A DNA stretch of 64,000 nucleotides from Basidiobolus meristosporus CBS 931.73. Taxonomy: Eukaryota; Fungi; Basidiobolomycota. This document shows positions 13,421 to 26,345 of the stretch, piece by piece. Position 1 is the stretch's first letter. The number at the start of each line of letters is the position of its first letter. Below the pieces are notes generated by a model. It did no database searches, was not told the DNA's origin, and worked only from the letters and a program-made list of their open reading frames with translations. The translations under genes and the position numbers were made by a program. The stretch spans positions 26,260 through 90,259 of the forward strand of contig MCFE01000345.1 of assembly GCA_002104905.1 (NCBI GenBank), read 5' to 3'.

Positions 13421-16400
13421 ATGAGCCCCAAGCTGTCACTCTCTGCAGTGTCTGCTACTGCTATTACTAGAATTTCTCCCTCTGCTGAAAAGTTGGATGG
13501 ATCTAACTACCATGTGGGGAAGGTGAAGATAAAGATGCTGCTACAAGAAAGAGGCCTTTGGGATATTGTCCTGGGAGAAGAATGCCCTCCTAAAGATGTG
13601 GGAGAGGAAGCCTCAAAGTACCAGAAGAAAGAGCAAAGTGCCTTTAACTGCATTTGCATTAATGCTAAAGACAAATTACTAATTCAATGCTCAAGAGCAA
13701 AAACAGCAAAGAATGCCTGGAAGGCATTAGAAGACACCTACCAGTCATGTTCAGCTGCTGAGAAAATGTATCTGAGATGAAAATCCTTTACTACAAAGAT
13801 GTTGCCAGGAGAAGAAATGAAAAATCTAATTAACAGAATTACCCTGCTGGTAGATCAGATGGAATCTGTTGGCATACCAACTACTGATGAGGATGTGATA
13901 GTTACCATCCTGAATAGCCTGACAGACAGGTTTCAGGGCCTTGTATCAGCCCTAGAGTCCAGAACTGAAGATTTGACCTTAAATTACATATATGGAAGGC
14001 TCCTAGGTGAAGAATTAAGAAAATCAAGTGCCAATAAGAAGGAAGAAGAGAATGCTAATAAGCAATGATAACCAACAAAGGAGGTGCCCAAGACCTTTTG
14101 GCGGCAATAGCCACCTGTTTTGTACCTACTGCAAAAGGAAAAGACACACATCAGACCAGTGCTTCAAGAAGAAAGATAGTCAGCAGAAAAAGTCTGAATA
14201 TGGAAATGCTGCAACAATTGAAGATAGACTATTCATATCTGCACTAAATATGACCACAAACAATGATTCTCAGACATGGTATATTGACTCTGGAGCATCT
14301 CAACACTTTATGCACCAAAAAGAACTTTTTACCCAATATCAAGATATTCCAATGAAGAAGGTTTTCATGGGTGACAATAGAACACTTGATGCAGTGGGAG
14401 AAGGAACTATCCAAGTAAACCTAAGAAGCAGTCAAGGAAGCCATACACTGACTCTCAAAGAAGTACCCTATGTACCAGAAATAGCCAAGAACCTACTATC
14501 TGTAAGCAAGGCCACTGCAGAAGGACTCAGTTTCAGCTTTGACTATTCTGGATGCATAATCACAGATCAAAATGATGCCCATATTGCTTTGGGTATCAGA
14601 GATCAGAACCTATACAAGTTGACTTTTATTCCATCATATTTGGAATCCAATATAAGTAACTTAAGTGAAGAAACACCAATGCTTTGGCACAGGAGATTTA
14701 GGCACATCAATTTTTATTATTTGTGCCAAATGATCCAAGATCAGCTAATTTCTGGAGTGAAAATTGATCCCCCAGCTAATTTGGAGCACTGTGAAGCCTG
14801 CATATATGGGAAACAAGCCAGACAACTTTTCAAGAGCTCTGGGTTAATCAAAACTAAGAAAAAATTAGATCTAATTCACTCAGATCTGTGTGGATCTATG
14901 CAAAATTTATCCTTAGGTGGGATGAAGTATGTAATCACTTTTATTGATGATTATACAAGATACACATGGGTCTATGTCATGGAGAGAAAGGAAGAAGCTT
15001 TGTCTAAGCTCAGGGAGTTTAAAGCCATGGTGGAGAGAGAAACTGGTGAAAAAATCAAGAAAATATGCTCTGACAATGGTGGAGAATATACCTCAAAACT
15101 CTTCATCCACTTCTGCAAAATTCATGGGATAAAGCAAGAGACAATTGTACCATACTCCCCACAGCAAAATGGAGTAGCAGAACAAGCTAACAGATCAATA
15201 ATTGATATGGCAAGATCTATGATCCATGATCAAAAATTATCCTATGATCTTTGGGTGGAATCAGTTGCCACTGCTGTATATCTTAAAAATAGGAGTTATA
15301 ACAGAATACTTTGTGATTCTACTCCATTTGAAGCATGGTATAGATACAGACCAAGTGCAGAACATCTAAGAATATTTGGGTGTACAGCATATGCCAAGAA
15401 ACTGGCCGGAAATCAGTCAAAATTTGAGCCAAAAAGTGTAAAATGCATATTTTTGGGCTACTGCAATCAGAGTAAAGCATAAAGACTCTACACTACCAAA
15501 GCAAAGAAGCTAATCAAGTTCAGCAATGTGTTGTTAGATGAAAATTCAAAATTTTCACAAAAAATGCCATCAGATGATGACAAAAATCTGATCTCAAGTC
15601 CGCCAATTGTCAGGATAGAATCAGAGCAAAACATTGAAAGTTTTCTTACTCCAGAGGACTCTGCAACCATGGTTCAGCTAGAATCAGTGCCCAGGAATAT
15701 CCCATAGGTGATCATTCCAGTATCAAATCCCTGGAGATCCAATTGGACAAGAAATTGCCCAAATTACAATATCAATGAGGGTACAAACTTAGCCTATGCC
15801 TATTCAGTCCATATTGATGAGCCCCAGACTGTAAAAGAGGCCCTAAATAGCCCTCAGACAAAGTTTTGGAGATCTGCAATGACTGAGGAATATCAGGCCC
15901 TGATGGAAAATCAAACTTAGGACTTAGTCAAATTACCAATCAACCAAAAATCAATTGAATGCAGATGGGTCTTCAAGACAAAATACAAGGCTGAAGGTAC
16001 AATTGAAACAAGCAAAGCAAGACTTGTGGCCAAAGGATACTCTCAAACAAAAGGACTTGACTATACTGAGACCTTTGCACCGGTAGCCAAGCTTAATTCC
16101 ATCAGATTAATATTGGCTATTGCAGCCAAATATAAGTTTTTTATTCATCAAATGGATGTAAAAGCTGCATTTTTGAATGGAGAACTTGATGAGGATGTGT
16201 ATATGGACCAGCCAGATGGGTTTGTTGACCAAGATAACCCCCATTAGGTCTGCAAGCTTTAAACATCACTATATGGTCTCAAATAATCATCACCAGCCTG
16301 CAATTGCAAGATAGATTCTTATTTGGAATCTTTGAGCTTCAGGAGTAATGCTGACTATAGTATATACTATAAGCCAGATAGAGCAAATCCAGCTCTATTA

Positions 16401-17476
16401 GCTCTATATGCGGATGATCTTATTATAGCCACCAATAACCCAGAAACATTGGAAGAGACTAAGTCCAGCCTATCAAAGGAGTTCAAGATGTCTGATCTAG
16501 GAGAACTCAGTTACTACTTAGGGATTAAGTTCTCCATAGACAGAAGTACCCAGACTATCACCCAAAGCCAGTCCAAGCATATTCAAGAAATACTAAAGAA
16601 GTACCAAATGGAAGACTATAAACCAGCAGCTACCCCAATGGAAACAAACCTTAACTTGGTCAAAACTTAACCATATCAAGAGAGCTTGATGCCATCTGAA
16701 AGCCCTGACTTTCCTTATCAATCTATGGTCAGCAGTCTGATGTTTATTTTGCTTGGAACACGTCCAGATATCTCATATTCAGTGGGAGTTGTCAGCCAAC
16801 ATGATCAGAACTATGGATCTGATCATATTGCAGCAGTTAAGCGGATTTTTAGATACCTAAAAGGAACTGCTGATATCTGCTTAAGATACACTTATAAGGA
16901 TTCAGAACAGGATCTTGTGGGATACTCTGATGCTGATTGGGGACAAAACTTGGAAGACAGAAGATCTACTACAGGAAACACCTTTCTTTACTGTAAAGGA
17001 GCAATTTCATGGAACTCAAGAAAGCAACCAACTATAGCACTTTCTACCACAGAGGCAGAGTATATGGCAGCCTGTGAAGCTACAAAAGAAGCAATGTGGT
17101 TAAGAAAGCTGCTTACAGATTTAGGCCTATGTCAAAAAATGCCTATTACCTTATTTCAAGATAATCAAGGATGTATACAAGCAATGTGGTTAAGAAAGCT
17201 GCTTACAGATTTAGGCCTATGTCAAAAAATGCCTATTACCTTATTTCAAGATAATCAAGGATGTATACAATTAGGTAGAAATCCAACTTTTCATGCTAGA
17301 CCAAGCACATAGATATTAGACATCATTTCATATGTGAAGCTATAGAGAATAACTTAGTTAGCTTAGTTTACTGTTCTACAGAGGAAATGATTGCAGACAT
17401 ATTTACCAAACCATTAGCTAAAGACAAGTTTGAATATCTTAGGTCAAAATTAGGACTAGTTGGTATGAACATTTAG
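13421..17476 (+). pseudogene. Copia gag-pol with stops and frameshifts
   Basis: Gag KLDGSNY and zinc knuckle CTYCKRKRHTSDQC; protease WYIDSGASQH; integrase LIHSDLCG, SDNGGEY, PQQNGVAE; RT QMDVKAAFLNG, LYADDLII; RNase H YSDADWG, STTEAEY. Confidence 0.93.
17091..17270 (+). repeat. Exact 90-bp tandem duplication inside Copia RNase H
   Basis: 17091-17180 equals 17181-17270 (AMWLRKLLTDLGLCQKMPITLFQDNQGCIQ twice). It is absent from copy B. Confidence 0.92.
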
Positions 17477-18245
17477 CTGAGTGGGAGTGTTGTAAAAGTT
17501 TGTAATTCCACATAAATATTCACCTAACTTAGTCACTTAGATCATCATCTTCATATCCTAGAGAATACTGACCAAATTCCTTGTTGAGATTTACTTAGAA
17601 TATTTTCACCAAAATACCAGGTACCCAGAACATGAAAATTCTCAAAGTTGTCTCAACAGCCCCAAAATTTGCACACATCTTCTTGGGACCTTCCTTAACC
17701 TACTCTATGTGTTTGTAATGCCAAGACCAGGTAAAGTATATATACTACTTTTACATTCAATAAACAATTAAGTGAAAATCACAAAATCCACTTGTACTCC
17801 CAATCACTTCCAATATCTCCAAGACTCTTACAACACTTGGTTGCCACCACTTTTGCCATGAATACCTCCTGAGTATCTACCAAGAGCTTTTTGGTTATGA
17901 ATTAATATATTGCTTTTCCCTGCTGAATGCTAGTCCCCCTTATACTTGCACTCTGGCTCTTGTTTATGTAAATTCTGTATTGAATGGTGTTGAAACTGAC
18001 TTGTGACCAGGAGAAACCCTGCATAGATTGGTAAAGTTGACCTATTAGAAAATATTTGCTTGTTGCACCCTACCCAGCTTTACATTACTTAACTGCTTAC
18101 CCACTCATTTGGGCTGCTTAGCTTCTTAATGCTAAAGGCATAATGTCTCCATGTGTACATTTGCCCTCAGTATTTTCCAACTCCTCCTGGCTGTCTGCCA
18201 TATACCAACTCATCAAATCCATGACAGACTTGTAATAGTCTAGAT

Positions 18246-18594
18246 TGTTGTAAAAGCTTGTAATTCCACCTAAATATTCACCTAACTTGGTCACTTAGAT
18301 CATTACCTTCAAATCCTAGAGAATACTAGCCAAATTCCTTGTTGGGATTTACTTAGAATTTTTTCACCAAAATATCAGGTACCCAGATCATGAAGATTGT
18401 CAAAGTTGTCCAAACAGCCCCAACCTTTGCACACATGTTCTTGGGACCTTCTGTAATCTATTCTATGTGCTTGAAATGCCAAGACCATGTAAAAGTATAA
18501 ATACTACTTTTACATTCAATAAATCATTAAGTGAAAACCACATAATCTACTTGTTCTCCCAATCACATCCAATATCTCCAAGACTCATACAACA
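18246..18594 (+). mobile_element. Solo LTR, Copia family 1
   Basis: TGTTG...CAACA ends. Flanks TAGAT/ATGAT are each one change from host TTGAT seen in the uninterrupted CACTA copy near 55015. Confidence 0.85.
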
Positions 18595-20285
18595 ATGATG
18601 ACATTGGGATATGGTAGTATTTGCAACTCAACTTGTTTTTCTATCTCCCCACACATCTGCTCAATTGGAAGCTCCTAAAAGGTTAAGCAAGGCCCAATAT
18701 TTTCCACACACCAAGCAAGATGGAGTGGAGAATGGATACAAGATGGAGTAGAGGTGGATACAGTAGCAGCAGAGATCTATACATTTGAATTTGTGCTTGT
18801 AGTATAGCAACTCAAATTCCATTACAAACTCCTTGCATAAAAGATGTAGATGCATCAAGTAGGTATTAGTGATCCACTTAGGGATTAATATTTCTACAAT
18901 GTCAACAGATGACTCCCAATGCTTCCAATGTACTCTTGGTGAAAATGGCTTCAGAAGGCCACAGGAATAAATACAAATCCAGCTCATCCAGTCCTTGCAC
19001 TTGTACCATTGCATATGTGTATGAATATTGATTGGTGCCTGTGAGAAGCACATCAAATAGCAGATACCCTGTAATATTGTAACAATTTATTCAAATTTTG
19101 TTGGCATCTCAATGGACTCAATCAGCTTGAAATGCCCCATGTGTAACATGGTCATTAGTACAGGCATATTGTTGAGAAGCAAATGCATTGCTCTCAGTGG
19201 AAAGCTTTTTCTCCAACAGATATTTGCTATATCAAGTATCTCAGGTTTCTAGTTAACTCCATATTCTAATTGGTGGCTTAAACCTTGCCAACTTGGCTGC
19301 AATTGTATGCTGACTTCAGCACATTCCCTCTGTGGGAAGATGATGCTCTTAGCGTTGATGTTTGTATAATAATAATGTGTGTGAATTATGGAGTAAATCC
19401 CCTGGATCTTGCACATGCAATAGCAATACTGTCCACTGTGCCCAGAAAAGCCAGCTATTTTGCTGATGGCTGGAGTATCTCCAATGTATATAATAATATA
19501 TGCTTTGAAATGATGGCACTTAGTAGTATCCTGCTTTAAGCATACAAAATTCACCCAGCAATGGGTACAGGTGCCTGTCCATGCTGAATGGTAATTTAGG
19601 CCCAGATACCAGTGAGACTACCATCAGATCTCTACTCTAACACTGTAAGATAGGCTGCAGACAAAGGTTGATGAGAATCAGTGTCCAGCAGGATTTACTT
19701 TCAGAGTACTGTTTAATGAAAATCCATCAAGTGCCTAGGCAAAGGCATGATCATACATACCTGCAAAGTAGTCATTGATTCTTGGTTGTTGTAATGTTTG
19801 CCATCAAATAATTGTAAATGTTTGCACTTGATTGATACTGAGGGCACTATTTTAGAGCATTGCAATATTTGTTGGACTGCAAAAGCTTCTGTAGATAGGT
19901 ACCTCTGGAATATATCCTGAGCATAAACAATGTTTTTCTTCAATGGAGGTGGATTCCTGACATATCAGACACCTTGCAATGGTAAAATTTTCTAATGTGA
20001 GTGCCATGCAACTGTCAACACATGCCAGTATTAGTACAGTCTCTGGGTAATATGTTGCCTGCCACATGACATTGTCTATTTGTACCATGTACATGATAGG
20101 ATGCATACTGGAATGTGTTTGGCAAGCAGTAATAGTAAGTTCTCAAAGTCCCTGTTACTGATATTTGTGGAAATATGTGACTTCTCCAGCTACAACATAT
20201 CATTCACCAGTAGATGGATTATTGGGATCTCTTAGATGAATAAAGTATCCTTGGTACTTGTTTTTATGTGTGTTGTCTCATTGCA

Positions 20286-20600
20286 TGTTGGGATTTAGCC
20301 TGGCTAATGCAGGGTGTGGGTTATTACTGACTGTACTTGGTGAGTGGGAGAGCTTGTAGGTCAAGTCAGTACCACTTGGTTCAGAATAGCTTCCAATAGA
20401 AGGTGGCAAGGTAATAAAGACTTGTGCTTATTCTGTCCAAATCATCTTGTTCTCTCACTTGGCTTAATTGGATATATATGTCACTTGGAGGGCTTAGATA
20501 ATAGACAATGTGTTATATAATAGGGGTGGGAACACCTTCCTGCTATGGTAAGTGCTCTAACTAGATAAGGGCAGGAATAGGAGGGAGGACCAGTGGGGGA
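20286..20600. mobile_element. Unclassified LTR-like fragment within the CACTA transposase
   Basis: Begins TGTTGGG and is unrelated to the flanking transposase sequence. No matching end or TSD was found. Confidence 0.35.
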
Positions 20601-21664
20601 ATCATAGGGAGGATACTGGGGGACTTTGGGTAGGACTCTGGGGAGAACTCTTGGGCAAAGAGTGGGTACTACATTTAGTACTCACACAGGGTACTGTTGT
20701 TACGGGAGATATGCTTAAAATCCAACAGTGAGCCTTCTTCTTCAGAGTTATCATTATGTGAGTCATATTCAGAAGGCTGAGGTGTGCCAAAGGACAGCAC
20801 AAGCGCACGTGACTCAGTTTGTGCTAGGTGACAAGTACAGCAAGGTACCAATATAGAAGTATTCAGTGGCTGGCAAAATATTGTCAGTACAGAAGTGACT
20901 GATGAATGCTTAAATATAATTTATGTGCAAAAAACTGTCTGTGATACTTGTAATGCTTTCTATGCTGTCGGCAGGCTTCATGGCTAAGAGGCTTGTCACA
21001 ATAGACATATGGTCTTTTTTCCCTTCTCTTATGGTGTTGAATCAAAGTAGTCTTCTCCATGGGGCAAACAGTCTGATACTCAACAAATCAATGCTATTAT
21101 ATCATTTTTTGTCAATACTCATTTGAACTTAAGACAGTCATGTATTTGAGACACTTTACCTATAAGAATGTAAGATTCAATGATGACCCACCATAGTAAG
21201 CATTATAGATATGGTTGTGGCATCCCATACACATGAATATATAGCACTATTTCCCCTTTAGTTTGACTAACCTCCATATATATTATGCCAAAAAATAGTG
21301 CAAAGTTGTCTGGTTTCCAACCACACCCCACTATTGACAGCAGCAGAAGAATGGTTGGACAACAGCTTGCTTTGACATTCAGTGCAACAGGCACCCTATG
21401 GAAAATTATTGAAATGATCCCATCAAAAGGCCGTCACAAAGCTAAAGTCCCATGACTAAGAGGTACTGATCCTCTCAGGACACAATCCAGAGACCATTGA
21501 AAAATAACTGCACCCCAGATTTCACAAAAAACTTTGTCAAAATTTCTCATCACAACAATGCATAAGTGGCTTTTGATTGATTCCCTGCCAATTAGCTCAC
21601 TTTCTAATCCTGGAAACTCTATCACCTCCTATGTCTGTGTGCATTGATTGGCTATTGCCTCTTT

Positions 21665-24600
21665 TGTTGTAAGAGTCTTAGAGATACTGGAAATGATTGG
21701 GAGGACAAGTAGATTATGTGGCTTTCACTTAATGATTCATTGAATGTAAAAGTAGTATTTATACTTTTACCTGGTCTTGGCATTACACACACATAGAATA
21801 GATTAAGGAAGGTCCCAAGAACATGTGTGCAAAGCTTGGGGCTGTTTGGATAACTTTGAGAATTTTCATGTTCTGGGTACCTGGTATTTTGGTGAAAATA
21901 TTCTAAGTAGATCCCAACAAGGAATTTGGTCAGTATTCTCCAGGATTTGCAGGTAATGATCTAAGTGACTAAGTTAGGTGAATAATTAGGTAGATATACA
22001 AATTTTTACAAAACTCCCACTCAGCTAAATGTTCATACTGACTAGTCCTAACTTTGACCTAAGATATTCAAACTTGTCTTTAGCTAATGGTTTGGTAAAT
22101 ATGTCTGCAATCATTTCATCTGTAGGACAGTAAACTAAGCTAACTAAGCTATTCTCTATAGCTTCACGTATGAAATGATGTCTAATATATATGTGCTTGG
22201 TTCTAGCATGAAAAGTTGGATTTCTACCTAATTGTATACATCCTTGATTATCTTGAAATAAGGTAATAGGCATTTTTTGACATAGGCCTAAATCTGTAAG
22301 CAGCTTTCTTAACCACATTGCTTCTTTTGTAGCTTCACAGGCTGCCATATACTCTGCCTCTGTGGTGGAAAGTGCTATGGTTGGTTGCTTTCTTGAATTC
22401 CATGAAATTGCTCCTTTACAGTAAGGAAAGGTGTATGCTGTGGTGAATCTTCTGTCTTCTAAATTTTGTCCCCAATCAGCATCAGAGTATCCCACAAGAT
22501 CCTGTTCTGCATCCTTATAAGTGTATCTTAAGCAAATATCAGCAGTTCCTTTTAGGTATCTAAAAATCCGCTTAACTGCTGCAATATGATCAGATCCATA
22601 GTTCTGATTATGTTGGCTGACAACTCCCACTGAATATGAGATATCTGGACATGTTCCAAGCAAAATAAGCATCAGACTGCTGACCATAGATTGATAAGGA
22701 AAGTCAGGGCTTTCAGATGGCACCAAGCTCACTTGATTTGGTTGAGTTTTGACCAAGTTAAGGTTTGTCTCCATTGGGGTAGCTGCTGGTTTACAGTCTT
22801 CCACTTTGTACTTCTTTAGTATATCTTGAATACACTTGGATTGGCTTAGGGTAATAGTCTGGGTACTTCTGTCTATGGAGAACTTAATCCCTAAGTGGTA
22901 ACTAAGTTCTCCTAGATCGGACATCTTGAACTCCTTGGATAGGCTGGATTTAGTCTCTTCCAATGTTTCTAGGTTATTGGTGGCTATAATAAGATCATCC
23001 ACATATAGAGCTAATAGAACTGGATTTGCTCTATCTGGCTTATAGTTTATACTATGGTCAGCGTTACTTCTTTTGAAACTCAAAGATTCCAAATAAGAAT
23101 CTATCTTGCAATTCCAGGCTCTTGGTGATTGTTTGAGACCATATATTGACTTTTTAAGCTTGCAGACCAAATGGGGGTTATCTTGGTCAACAAACCCATC
23201 AGGCTGGTCCATATACACATCCTCATCAAGTTCTCCATTTAAAAATGCAGTTTCACATCCATTTGATGAATAAAAAACTTATATTTGGCTGCAATAGCCA
23301 ATATTAATCTGATGGAATTAAGCTTGGCTGCCAGTGCAAAGATCTCAGTATAGTCAAGTCCTTTTGTTTGAGAGTATCCTTTGGCCACAAGTCTTGCTTT
23401 GTGTGTTTCAATTGTACCATCAGCCTTGTATTTTGTCTTGAAGACCCATCTGCATCCAATTGATTTTTGGTTGATTAGGAATTTGACTAAGTCCCAAGTT
23501 TGATTTTCCATCAGTGCCTGATATTCCTCAGTCATTGCAGATCTCCAAAACTTTGTCTGAGGGCTATTTAGGGCCTCTTTTACAGTCTGGGGCTCATCAA
23601 TATGGACTGAATCGGCATAGGCTAAGTTTGTACCCTCATTGATATAGTAATTTGGCCTATTTCTTGTCTGATTTGATCTCCAGGCATTTGATAATGGAAT
23701 GATCACTTCTGGGATATTCCTGGGCACTGATTCTGGCTGAACCACGGTTGTAGAGTCCTCTGGAGTGAAAAAATTTTCATTTTTTGCTCTGACTCAATCC
23801 TGACAATTGGTGGACTTGAGATCAAATTTTTGTCATCATCTGATGTGATTTTTTGTGAAAATTTTGGATTTTCATCAGACAACACATCCCTGGACTTGAT
23901 CAGCTTCTTTGCTTTGGTATTGTAGAGTCTGTATGCCTTACTCTCATTGCAGTAGCCCAAAAATATGCATTTTACATTTTTTAGCTCAAATTTTGACTGA
24001 TTTCTGGCCAGTTTTTTGGCATATACTGTACACCCAAATATTCTTAGATGTTCTGCACTTGCTCTGTATCCATACCATGCTTCAAGTGGAGTAGAATCAC
24101 AAAGTATTCTGTTATAATACTTATTTTTAAGATATACAGCAGTGGCAACTGATTCCGCCCAAAAATCATAGGATAATTTTTGATCATGGATCATAGATCT
24201 TGCCATATCAATTATTGATCTGTTAGCATGTTCTGCTACTCTATTTTGCTGTGGGGAGTATGATACAGTGGTCTCTTGCTTTATCCCATGAATTTTGCAC
24301 AAGTGGATGAAGTGTTTTGTGGTATTTTCTCCACCATTGTCAGAGCGTATTTTCTTGATTTTTCAACAGTTTCTCTCTCCAGCATGGCTTTAAACTCCCT
24401 GAACTTAGACAGAGCTTCTTCCTTTCTCTCCATGAAGTATACCCATGTGTATCTTGTATAATCATCAATAAAAGTGATTAAATACTTCATCCCGCCTAAG
24501 GATAAATTTTGCATAGGTCCACACAGATCTGAGTGAATTAGATCTAATTTTTTCTTAGTTTTGATTGAACCAGAGCTCTTGAACAGTTGTCTGGCTTGTT

Positions 24601-26345
24601 TCTCATATATGCAGGCTTCACAGTGCTCCAAACTAGCTGGGGTATCAATTTTCACTCCAGAAATTAGCTGATCTTTGATCATTTTACGCAAATAATCAAA
24701 ATTGATGTGCCCAAATCTCCTGTGCCAAAGCATTGGTGTTTCTTCACTTAAGTTACTTATATTGGCTTCCAGATATGATGGAATATAAGTCAACTTGTAT
24801 AGACTCTGATCTCTGATGCCCAAAGCAATATGGGCACCATTTTGATCAGTGATCCTGCATCCAGAATTGTCAAAACTGAAACTGAGTCCTTCTGCTGTGG
24901 CCTTGCTTACAGAGAGTAGGTTCTTGGCTATTTCTGGTACATAGAGTACTTCTTTAGAGGTCAGTGTATGTCTTCCTTCACTGCTTTAAGGTTTACATGG
25001 ATAGTTCCTTCTCCCACTTCATCAAGTGTTCTATTGTTAACCATGAGAACCTTGTTAATTGGAATTTCTTGATATTGGGTAAAAAGTTCTTTTTGGTGTG
25101 TAAAGTGTTGAGAAGCTCCAGAGTCAATATACCATGTCAGAGAATCCTTGTTTGTGGTCATATTTAGTGCAGATATGAATATTCTATCTTCGGTTGTTGC
25201 AGCATTTCCATATTCAGGCTTCTTTTGCTGATAATCTCTCTTTTTGAGACACCGGTCTGATGTGTGTCCTTTCCTTTTGCAGTAGTTGCAAAATAGGTTG
25301 CTGTTACCTTTGTAGGGTCTTGGGTACCTCCTTTGTTGGTTATCATTGCTTATTAAAGCATTTTCTTCTTCCTTCTTATTGGTGCTTGATTTTCTTAATT
25401 TTTCATCCAGGAGCCTTCCATATACATAATTTAAGGTCAAATCTTCAGTTCTGGACTCTAGGGCTGAGACAAGGCCCTGAAGCTTGTCTGTCAGGCTATT
25501 CAGGATGGTAACTATCACATCCTTGTCAGTAGTTGGTATGCCAACAGATTCCATCTGATCTACCAGCAGGGTAATTCTGTTAATTAGTTTTTTCATTTCT
25601 TCTCCTGGCAGCATCTTTGTAGTAAAGAATTTTTGTCTCAGATACATTTCCTTGGCAGCTGAACATGACTGGTAGGTGTCTTCCAATGCTTTCCAGGCAT
25701 TCTTTGCCGTTTTTGCTCTTGAGCATTGAATTAACAAGTTGTCCTTGACATTGAGGTAAATGCAGTTAAAGGCACTTTGTTCTTTCTTCTGGTACTTTAA
25801 GGCTTCCTCTCCCACGTTTTTAGGAGGGCATTCTTCTCCCATGACAATATCCCAAAGGCCTCTTTCTTGTAGCAGCATCTTCATCTTCACCTTCCACACT
25901 TGGTAGTTAGAGCCATCCAACTTTTCAGCAGAGGGAAAAATTCCAGTAGTAGCAGTAGTAGACATTGCAGAGAGTGACAGCTTGGGGCTCATAACCTGTT
26001 GTAAGAGTCTTGGAGATATTGGAAGTGATTGGGAGGACAAGTAGATTATGTGGTTTTCACTTAATGATTTATTGAATGTAAAAGTAGTATTTATACTTTT
26101 ACCTGGTCTTGGCATTACAAACACGTAGAATAGGTTAAGGAAGGTCTCAAGAACATGTGTGCAAAGTTTGGGGCTGTTTGGACAACTTTGAGAATTTTCA
26201 TGTTCTGGGTACCTGGTATTTTGGTGAAAATATTCTAAGTAAATCCCGACAAGGAATTTGGTCAGTATTCTCTAGGATATGAAGGTAACAATCTAAGTGA
26301 CTAAGTTAGGTGAATATTTAGGTGGAAATACAAATTTTTACATCA
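21665..26345 (-). mobile_element. Full-length Ty1/Copia, family 1 copy B (defective)
   Basis: LTRs 21665-22013 and 25997-26345, perfect TSD TCTTT, PBS GGTTATGAGCCCC directly after the 5' LTR, PPT as in copy A. Confidence 0.96.
22025..25992 (-). pseudogene. Copia gag-pol, frameshifted; RT-RNase H segment 22025-23218 still open
   Basis: LYVDDLII, YSDADWG, HARTKHIYIRHHF, IHSDLCG, WYIDSGASQH, CNYCKRKGHTSDRC. Confidence 0.93.

Larger units (their letters stand above)
13068..17835 (+). mobile_element. Full-length Ty1/Copia LTR retrotransposon, family 1 copy A (defective)
   Basis: LTRs 13068-13416 and 17488-17835, about 25 differences by eye. TSD CTTGG, PBS-like GACTATGAGCCCC, PPT TTAGCTGAGTGGGAG. 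Domain order gag-PR-IN-RT-RH. Inserted in CACTA sequence. Confidence 0.96.
12020..21393 (-). mobile_element. Degenerate CACTA/En-Spm copy interrupted by Copia insertions; resumes at 32683
   Basis: Left terminus CCCTATGAAAAATAATTTGG at 12020. Transposase remnants on the minus strand (GDTPAISKIAGFSGH at 19249-19554, YYPETVLILACVDSC near 20050). The sequence broken at 21393 continues at 32683. Confidence 0.8.

Noticed and set aside
20602-20610. CATAGGG resembling a CACTA terminus (also CCCTATGAT near 51606)
   Set aside because: It lies inside the transposase linker expansion, and no subterminal sequence follows.
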